DNA from: Clostridia bacterium
GTDB taxonomy: Bacteria > Bacillota > Clostridia > RGIG6154
Direction of reading: 5' to 3'
NCBI GenBank assembly: GCA_045589295.1
Contig: JAZNOU010000002.1
Span: 64,001 to 128,000, forward strand
DNA: 64,000 nucleotides
Part shown: positions 55,835 through 64,000 of the stretch, piece by piece
Position numbering within the stretch: the first letter of the stretch is position 1
Layout of the letters: each line of letters starts with the position of its first letter
The notes under the pieces: model-generated
Seen by the model: the letters and a program-made list of their open reading frames with translations, nothing else
What the model was told of the DNA's origin: nothing
Database searches by the model: none
Made by a program: the position numbers and the translations under genes

Positions 55835-57100
55835 ATGGAAATAGAATCAAAATGCCTGTATTCAGGGTATACACCTGAAAACGGAGGTCCTCAGACACTC
55901 CCTATTTATCAGAGTACAACATTTAAGTACAATTCAACAGAGCAGGTTGCAAAACTTTTTGACTTAACGGAAAATGGATTTTTCTATTCAAGAATAGGAA
56001 ATCCAACAGTTGATGCTGTTGAACAGAAAATTGCAGATTTAGAGGGTGGTGTTGGAGCACTTTTAACATCATCTGGTCAGGCGGCAAATTTTATTGCGAT
56101 ACTTAATATTTTAAGTGCAGGCGATCATATGATTTCATCAAATGAAATTTATGGCGGAACTTTTAATCTTTTCGCAGTAACGCTCAAAAGAATGGGCATT
56201 GAAGTTACATTTGTTGACCAAGATCTTTCAGTAGAAGAGCTTCAAAAGTATGTAAAACCAAACACAAAAGCAGTTTTTGGTGAAACAATTACAAACCCTA
56301 CCATTTCGGTTTTAGATATTGAGAAGTTTGCTCAGTTTGCACACAAAAATAATGTGCCTCTTATTATTGACAACACATTTGCAACTCCTGTGCTTTGCCG
56401 TCCATTTGAGTATGGAGCAGATATTGTTACACACTCAACTACAAAGTATATGGATGGTCACGCACTTACTGTTGGCGGTGTTATTGTTGATAGCGGCAAA
56501 TTTGACTGGACAAATGGTAATTTTCCGGATCTTACAACACCAGATGAATCTTATCACGGAGTTACATATACCAAAGAATTTGGCAAAATGGCATATATTG
56601 TAAAAGCAAGAGTTCAGCTTATGCGTGACCTTGGTGCAACACCATCTGCTTTTAATGCGTTTTTAATCAATCAGGGATTAGAAACACTTCCAATGAGAAT
56701 TAAAACACATTCTGACAACGCAGAAAAGATGGCACAGTTCCTTTCTAATCACGACAAGGTAGAATTTGTTAACTATCCTACAATAGAGGGTAACAAATAC
56801 GCTTCTTTAGCGAAAAAGTATTTAGACGGAGGAAACAGCGGTGTTATTGCCTTTAGCTTAAAAGGTGGAAGACAGGCGGGTGTCAAATTTATTGACAGTT
56901 TAAAAATGGTGTCACTTTTAGTTCACGTTGCAGATATAAGAAGTTGCGTGCTTCATCCTGCAAGCTCTACTCACAGACAGCTTTCAGATCAGCAGCTTTT
57001 AGATGCGGGTATTACACCTGGTCTTATCAGATTTTCTGTTGGTACTGAAAATATTAAAGATATTATAGCCGATGTTTCTCAGGCACTTGATCAGATTTAA
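55835..57100 (+). CDS. metY: O-acetylhomoserine aminocarboxypropyltransferase (sulfhydrylase)
   Basis: [47 protein letters not shown]. Confidence 0.9.
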   Translation: MEIESKCLYSGYTPENGGPQTLPIYQSTTFKYNSTEQVAKLFDLTENGFFYSRIGNPTVDAVEQKIADLEGGVGALLTSSGQAANFIAILNILSAGDHMISSNEIYGGTFNLFAVTLKRMGIEVTFVDQDLSVEELQKYVKPNTKAVFGETITNPTISVLDIEKFAQFAHKNNVPLIIDNTFATPVLCRPFEYGADIVTHSTTKYMDGHALTVGGVIVDSGKFDWTNGNFPDLTTPDESYHGVTYTKEFGKMAYIVKARVQLMRDLGATPSAFNAFLINQGLETLPMRIKTHSDNAEKMAQFLSNHDKVEFVNYPTIEGNKYASLAKKYLDGGNSGVIAFSLKGGRQAGVKFIDSLKMVSLLVHVADIRSCVLHPASSTHRQLSDQQLLDAGITPGLIRFSVGTENIKDIIADVSQALDQI

Positions 57101-57114
57101 TGAGGTGAAATTTA

Positions 57115-58041
57115 ATGGTATATAACAATATTTTAGAAGCTATCGGTAACACTCCGATTATAAAGCTTCAGAATATTGCACCAGAAGGCGGCGCGGATAT
57201 TTTAGTTAAGTTTGAAGGACTTAATGTAGGTGGATCAATAAAAACAAGAACTGCTTATAATATGATTATGCGCGCAAAAGCTCAGGGGAAAATAAATAAA
57301 GATACAATAATTGTAGAACCTACAAGTGGTAATCAGGGGATTGGTCTTGCTCTTGTTGGTGCGGTTTTTGGCTATAAAACAAGAATAATTATGCCGGACT
57401 CTGTTAGTGAAGAAAGAAGAAAACTTGTTAATCACTATGGTGCAGAGGTTGTTTTGGTGCACGACTCAGGGAATATTGGACTTTGTATCGATGAGTGTGT
57501 AAAACTCGCACTTAAAATGCAACAAGAAGATGAAAATGTGTTTGTTCCCCAACAATTTGAAAATCCAGCAAACCCGGAAATCCAAAGATATCAGACAGGT
57601 AGAGAAATTTTAGAGCAGGTTGCAGGCCCTATTCACGGCTTTTGCTCAGGCATTGGCACAGGAGGAACTATAACAGGTATCGGCGAAACATTAAAGGCGG
57701 CAAACCCCGATATGAAGATATGGGCAGTTGAGCCTGAAAATGCCGCAATTTTATCAGGTGGGTCAATCGGAACTCATATTCAAATGGGGATTGGCGACGG
57801 ACTTATTCCTGCAATTTTAAATCAAGACATTTATGATGATATTTGTATTGTAAAGGATGAGGAAGCAATTTCCGTTTCAAAGGCTCTGGCTGCAAAAGAA
57901 GGAATTTTGTGCGGTATTTCAAGCGGAACAAATGTTGCAGCAGCAATTAAGCTTGCAAAAGAATTAGGTCCAGGAAAAACTGTGGTAACCATTCTTCCCG
58001 ATACGGCAGAACGATATTTCTCAACACCGCTTTTTGAGTAA
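57115..58041 (+). CDS. PLP-dependent cysteine synthase family protein (atypical motifs)
   Basis: IGNTP, GGSIKTR, EPTSGNQG, QQFENPAN, GIGTGGT, GISSG, PDTAERYFST. Confidence 0.88.
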   Translation: MVYNNILEAIGNTPIIKLQNIAPEGGADILVKFEGLNVGGSIKTRTAYNMIMRAKAQGKINKDTIIVEPTSGNQGIGLALVGAVFGYKTRIIMPDSVSEERRKLVNHYGAEVVLVHDSGNIGLCIDECVKLALKMQQEDENVFVPQQFENPANPEIQRYQTGREILEQVAGPIHGFCSGIGTGGTITGIGETLKAANPDMKIWAVEPENAAILSGGSIGTHIQMGIGDGLIPAILNQDIYDDICIVKDEEAISVSKALAAKEGILCGISSGTNVAAAIKLAKELGPGKTVVTILPDTAERYFSTPLFE

Positions 58042-58074
58042 ACAAAAATAAAGTGACTATTTAGAATAATAAAA

Positions 58075-58105
58075 CAAAAATCCTCAAATTTTTTGAGGGT
58101 TTTTG
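58075..58105 (+). terminator. putative terminator hairpin
   Basis: CAAAAATCCTCAAA-TTT-TTTGAGGGTTTTTG. Confidence 0.6.
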
Positions 58106-58233
58106 CTTTATACAGGAACTCTTGCTGGAATAGATGCGTCTTGTAGATACTTTGAAATTTTTATTTGACAATATATGTATAAAACAGTTATAATAATTAA
58201 GTAGGAATTTGTTTTTTAAACTGAGGTGTTTTT

Positions 58234-58725
58234 TTGAGAATACTTGGAATTGACCCGGGCTTTGCAATAGTAGGGTACGGTGTCATTGATTATGAGAAAG
58301 GTAAATATAAAACGGTTGATTACGGCAAAATTACCACTCCTGCGGGAATGGATATGCCACTTAGGTTAAAAGAGGTTTACGATGGTATTTTAAGGCTTAT
58401 TGAACTTTTTAATCCTGATGTCTTGGCAATAGAAGAATTGTTTTTTAACACCAACGTAAAAACTGCAATTGCGGTAGGACACGCAAGAGGTGTAATAGTT
58501 TTGGCTGCCGCAAACAAGGGGATTAAAATAAACGAATATACGCCGCTTCAGATAAAACAGGCGGTAGTAGGTTATGGCAGGGCGGATAAAAATCAGGTTC
58601 AGCAGATGGTTAAAATGTTTTTAGGACTTAAAGAAGTGCCGAAACCCGATGATACGGCAGATGCTTTAGCAGTTGCAATATGTCATGCTAATTCATCTTC
58701 GTTGGGCGGAGTCTTAGGTTTATAA
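58234..58725 (+). CDS. ruvC: Holliday junction resolvase
   Basis: [47 protein letters not shown]. Confidence 0.97.
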   Translation: MRILGIDPGFAIVGYGVIDYEKGKYKTVDYGKITTPAGMDMPLRLKEVYDGILRLIELFNPDVLAIEELFFNTNVKTAIAVGHARGVIVLAAANKGIKINEYTPLQIKQAVVGYGRADKNQVQQMVKMFLGLKEVPKPDDTADALAVAICHANSSSLGGVLGL

Positions 58726-58741
58726 AGAAAGGAATTTTACT

Positions 58742-59332
58742 ATGTATGCATATATAAAAGGCAGCCTTGAATTTTTAACTCACTCAGAGGCAGTAGTTGA
58801 AGCAGGTGGCGTGGGGTACAGAATATTCATTTCTCCCAAAACAAGAAGCAGATTGCCTGATTTGGGACGTGAGGTGAAACTTTTTACTCATTTTGCGGTA
58901 AGAGAAGATGCGATGGAGCTTTATGGTTTTTATTCTGCAGAAGAGCTTTTTGTATACGAGCAGCTTATTTCTGTTTCAGGAGTAGGACCAAAAGTAGGTC
59001 TTGCAATTCTTTCTGCTATGGAACCTAACGAGTTTATTGCTTCAGTTGTAACCAATGATGTGAAGGCAATAACAAAGGCACAAGGGGTTGGGGCAAAGCT
59101 TGCAGCAAGAATTATTTTAGAACTTAAGGACAAGATGCAGAAAGAAAGTGCAGAGCTTGATTTGGAAATTATCCCGCAAAGCGAGGAAACAGTCGATGCC
59201 GGCGAGGCGGTTGAGGCACTGTTAGCGCTTGGATATTCTGCACAGGAAGCTAAGAAGGCAGTAAGTGGACTTTCGGGAACGGTTGAAGAGATTATAAGTG
59301 CGGCACTCAAAAATTTAATGAGAAGAGGGTAA
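58742..59332 (+). CDS. ruvA: Holliday junction branch migration protein
   Basis: YAYIKG, GGVGY, VREDA..LYGF, VSGVGPK, GVGAK.A.RIILELKDK, ALLALGY. Confidence 0.97.
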   Translation: MYAYIKGSLEFLTHSEAVVEAGGVGYRIFISPKTRSRLPDLGREVKLFTHFAVREDAMELYGFYSAEELFVYEQLISVSGVGPKVGLAILSAMEPNEFIASVVTNDVKAITKAQGVGAKLAARIILELKDKMQKESAELDLEIIPQSEETVDAGEAVEALLALGYSAQEAKKAVSGLSGTVEEIISAALKNLMRRG

Positions 59333-59336
59333 TTAA

Positions 59337-60341
59337 ATGGAAGACAGAATCATAACATCTACATATACAACAGATGATGAAGATATCGAGGTTTCATTAA
59401 GACCTAGAACACTCTCTGAGTATGTCGGTCAGTCAAAGGCAAAAGAAAACTTAGAGGTTTTTATTGAGGCGGCAAAAATGAGAAATGAGCCTTTGGATCA
59501 CATTCTTTTGTACGGACCGCCGGGGCTTGGTAAAACTACTCTGGCAAGTATTATTTCAAATGAAATGGGTGTGAATATAAGAATTACATCGGGTCCTGCA
59601 ATAGAACGCCCTGGTGATTTGGCTGCAATTATTTCAAACCTTTCAACAAATGATATTTTGTTTATTGACGAAATTCACAGGCTAAACAGAAGTGTTGAAG
59701 AAATTCTTTATCCTGCCATGGAAGATTTTGTTATTGACATCGTGTATGGAAAGGGCGTTTCTGCAAAAACTGTTCGCGTTGCACTTCCAAAATTCACATT
59801 AATCGGCGCAACTACAAGAGCGGGAATGTTATCATCGCCACTTCGTGACAGATTTGGGTTTATAAGCCGACTTGAAATGTATACAAAAGAAGAACTTACT
59901 GAAATTGTTACCCGTTCTGCAAGAATTTTAGATATTATAATAGAAAAAGACGGAGCAGAAGAAATTGCAATGCGTTCAAGAGGCACACCGAGAATTGCAA
60001 ACAGACTTTTAAAGCGTGTGCGTGACTATGCGCAGATAAAAGCCGAGGGAATTATTACCAAAGAGGTGGCAGACAAGGCACTTAATATGATGGAAGTGGA
60101 TAAATTAGGATTAGACAGTATTGACAGAAGAATTTTATCTACTATTATAAACAACTTTGCGGGAGGTCCTGTTGGTCTTGATACAATAGCTGCGTCTGTA
60201 GGTGAGGAAGCAAATACAATTGAGGATGTTTGTGAGCCATATCTTTTGCAACAAGGGTTTTTAACAAGAACCGCAAGGGGAAGATGTGCTACAAGGCTTG
60301 CTTATGAGTATATGGGGATACCGTTTTCCGAAAAACCGTAA
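59337..60341 (+). CDS. ruvB: Holliday junction branch migration helicase
   Basis: [54 protein letters not shown]. Confidence 0.98.
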   Translation: MEDRIITSTYTTDDEDIEVSLRPRTLSEYVGQSKAKENLEVFIEAAKMRNEPLDHILLYGPPGLGKTTLASIISNEMGVNIRITSGPAIERPGDLAAIISNLSTNDILFIDEIHRLNRSVEEILYPAMEDFVIDIVYGKGVSAKTVRVALPKFTLIGATTRAGMLSSPLRDRFGFISRLEMYTKEELTEIVTRSARILDIIIEKDGAEEIAMRSRGTPRIANRLLKRVRDYAQIKAEGIITKEVADKALNMMEVDKLGLDSIDRRILSTIINNFAGGPVGLDTIAASVGEEANTIEDVCEPYLLQQGFLTRTARGRCATRLAYEYMGIPFSEKP

Positions 60342-60457
60342 AAACACGCAAAAACAAAAGAAAACTAAAGATATCTTGTGGAAAAATCACAAAACAAACT
60401 AAATAAGGCTGTAAAAACGGCTTGAAAAAAATATTTAAAGTGGTAAAATATACTTTA

Positions 60458-60484
60458 TTAGCACTCGTTTGATTTGAGTGCTAA
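60458..60484 (+). promoter_or_regulatory. CIRCE (HrcA operator)
   Basis: Perfect TTAGCACTC-N9-GAGTGCTAA, just downstream of TTGAAA-16-TAAAAT. Confidence 0.97.
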
Positions 60485-60509
60485 TTTAAAACAGAGAGGA
60501 GAATGCTAA

Positions 60510-60794
<285 letters not shown>

Positions 60795-60811
60795 ATAATA
60801 GGAGGAATTAA

Positions 60812-62443
<1,632 letters not shown>

Positions 62444-62469
62444 TTAGCAAGCAATATAGCTTAATAAAC

Positions 62470-62496
62470 AAAAAAGCGGAATTATCCGCTTTTTTT
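62470..62496 (+). terminator. intrinsic terminator of groESL
   Basis: AAAAAAGCGGA-ATTA-TCCGCTTTTTTT. Confidence 0.92.
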
Positions 62497-62542
62497 GTTG
62501 TGAAAATTGTCGATTTCTATTGTAAACGCAACTCACTTATGA

Positions 62543-62723
62543 TATAATTGTTGCATACAGAATTTTATTTCATAAAATTCTCAAGAGCTAACGCTCTTTC
62601 GTACTCTTTCGAGCACTGCAACAATTGACGGCGTCGTAAAAATGCCCTTGCAAGCAAGCATTTTTACTCCTGGTAAAATTGGCATCTATTTTGTACACTA
62701 ATTCTATAATTGTTGCATACAGA
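62543..62723. repeat. 19-bp direct repeat flanking a structured 143-bp segment
   Basis: TATAATTGTTGCATACAGA at 62543-62561 and 62705-62723; internal inverted repeat GTAAAAATGC...GCATTTTTAC. Confidence 0.75.
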
Positions 62724-62786
62724 TTTACTGATTTTATAATTAAAGCACAGAGTTTTGTGATTTAAGTATTTAAAGGGGGAAAACAA

Positions 62787-64000
62787 ATGGAAAAACTTAC
62801 TAAGAAATATGGTTTGCTTACTGCTATTTGTATGGTAGTAGGAACCGTAATTGGTTCTGGTGTATTTTTTAAGGCCCAGAACGTACTTGCAGCTACGGGC
62901 GGCAGTATGCCATTAGGAATCATTGCATGGGTTATCACAGGATTGTTAATGGTTATCTGTTCTGCACAGTTTGCTGTTATGGCTACAAAATATGAGAAAG
63001 TAAGCGGTATTGTTGACTATGCAGAAGCTACATGCGGAAAGGGTTACGCTTACTATTTTGCTTGGTTCATGGTAAATATTTACTATCCTGGCATGACATC
63101 CGTTCTTGCCTGGGTTTCAGCAAGATACTTAGGTGTTCTTTTTGGATGGGATATGACAGGCGCCGAAGTTATGGCGTTGGCGGGATTCTTTCTTATAGCA
63201 TCTTACACAATGAATGCTCTTTCACCAAAACTTGCAGGTAAGTTTCAGGTAAGCGCTACTGTTATTAAATTAATCCCAATTGTTCTAATGGCAATAGTTG
63301 GTACTATTGCAGGCATTGTTAACGGAACGCTCACAAACAATTTTACGACTGTAGTTTCTGAAGCTGTTGGCTCAAGTACAAGCAGTGGCCTTTTTGCTGC
63401 AATTGTTGCTACAGTTTTTGCATATGAAGGTTGGATTGTTGCAACTTCTATTAATGCCGAACTGAAAAACCCGAAAAAGAATCTGCCAATCGCACTTGTT
63501 ATCGGATCTTTGATAGTAGTAAGTGCCTATGTTCTATACTTTATCGGTGTTGCAGGCGGTGCTACAAATGCTGTTCTTATCAGTGAGGGCGCGACTACTG
63601 CATTTATTAACATATTTGGCGGTGTTGGTGGAACATTACTTAACATTTGTATTATTATTTCCTGTCTTGGAACTTTGAATGGTCTTATGGTTGGTGCAAC
63701 ACGCGGAATGTATGCTATAGCAGCCCGTAATAATGGCCCTATGCCTCAGACATTTTCACAAATTGATAAAGCAACAAATATGACTACAAACTCTGCAATA
63801 TGGGGACTATTTGTATGTGGAATATGGCTTATATATTTCTATGGTGCAAATCTTACATCAGGTTGGTTTGGCGTTTTCAATTTTGATTCATCAGAACTTC
63901 CTATTGTTACAATTTACGCTATGTATATTCCTATTTTCATTGCTTGGATGAAGAAAGAAAAGGATATGGGCGTATTCAAAAGATTTATACTACCAACAAT
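62787..64000 (+). CDS. APC family amino acid permease (partial, runs off window end; missing from the ORF track)
   Basis: MEKLTKKYGLLTAICMVVGTVIGSGVFFK, FAYEGW, ELKNPKKNLP, GTLNG; SD AAAGGGGG. Confidence 0.93.
   Translation, partial: MEKLTKKYGLLTAICMVVGTVIGSGVFFKAQNVLAATGGSMPLGIIAWVITGLLMVICSAQFAVMATKYEKVSGIVDYAEATCGKGYAYYFAWFMVNIYYPGMTSVLAWVSARYLGVLFGWDMTGAEVMALAGFFLIASYTMNALSPKLAGKFQVSATVIKLIPIVLMAIVGTIAGIVNGTLTNNFTTVVSEAVGSSTSSGLFAAIVATVFAYEGWIVATSINAELKNPKKNLPIALVIGSLIVVSAYVLYFIGVAGGATNAVLISEGATTAFINIFGGVGGTLLNICIIISCLGTLNGLMVGATRGMYAIAARNNGPMPQTFSQIDKATNMTTNSAIWGLFVCGIWLIYFYGANLTSGWFGVFNFDSSELPIVTIYAMYIPIFIAWMKKEKDMGVFKRFILPT

Noticed and set aside
60341-60420. A-rich AAAAC repeats before groES resembling the BMC operator element
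   Set aside because: Only partial low-complexity matches; likely UP-element DNA. This also tempers confidence in the BMC motif.
63032-63241. 69-aa ORF from the track
   Set aside because: Out-of-frame overlap inside the APC permease gene starting at 62787

Overview
AT-rich chromosomal segment of a spore-forming Clostridia-class Firmicute (spoVT, sigG, spoVFAB, sigmaA promoters, CIRCE-groESL). Most of it is housekeeping: rlmB, ychF, htrA, rpsU, aro genes, efp, pyk, rodA, gltX-glnS-metG, ddl-murI, argS, metY-cysK, ruvCAB, groESL. There are two accessory metabolic blocks. (i) An acyl-CoA ligase-iorAB-paaK-ACT arylacid cluster lies at 11.6-18.3 kb. (ii) A ~14.4 kb glycyl-radical bacterial microcompartment locus lies at 25.2-39.5 kb. 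It is GRM5-like, for fucose/rhamnose-derived lactaldehyde and 1,2-propanediol, and includes a DeoR regulator. The most unusual signals are translational. In the BMC locus, pduV appears to start at AUU. A shell hexamer gene and the alcohol dehydrogenase gene each have two in-frame starts with their own Shine-Dalgarno (SD) sequences. The long ADH form carries what looks like a vestigial aldehyde-dehydrogenase subdomain. Separately, sigG sits directly behind spoVFAB, and forespore-type promoters (sigG, rubrerythrin, spoVT) carry anti-SD arms in their spacers. An orphan pseudo-receiver regulator precedes htrA, and a catalytically dead GH18-like protein is present. No rRNA, tRNA, CRISPR array, transposase or prophage was seen. 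All calls come from motif recognition by eye; no searches were run.
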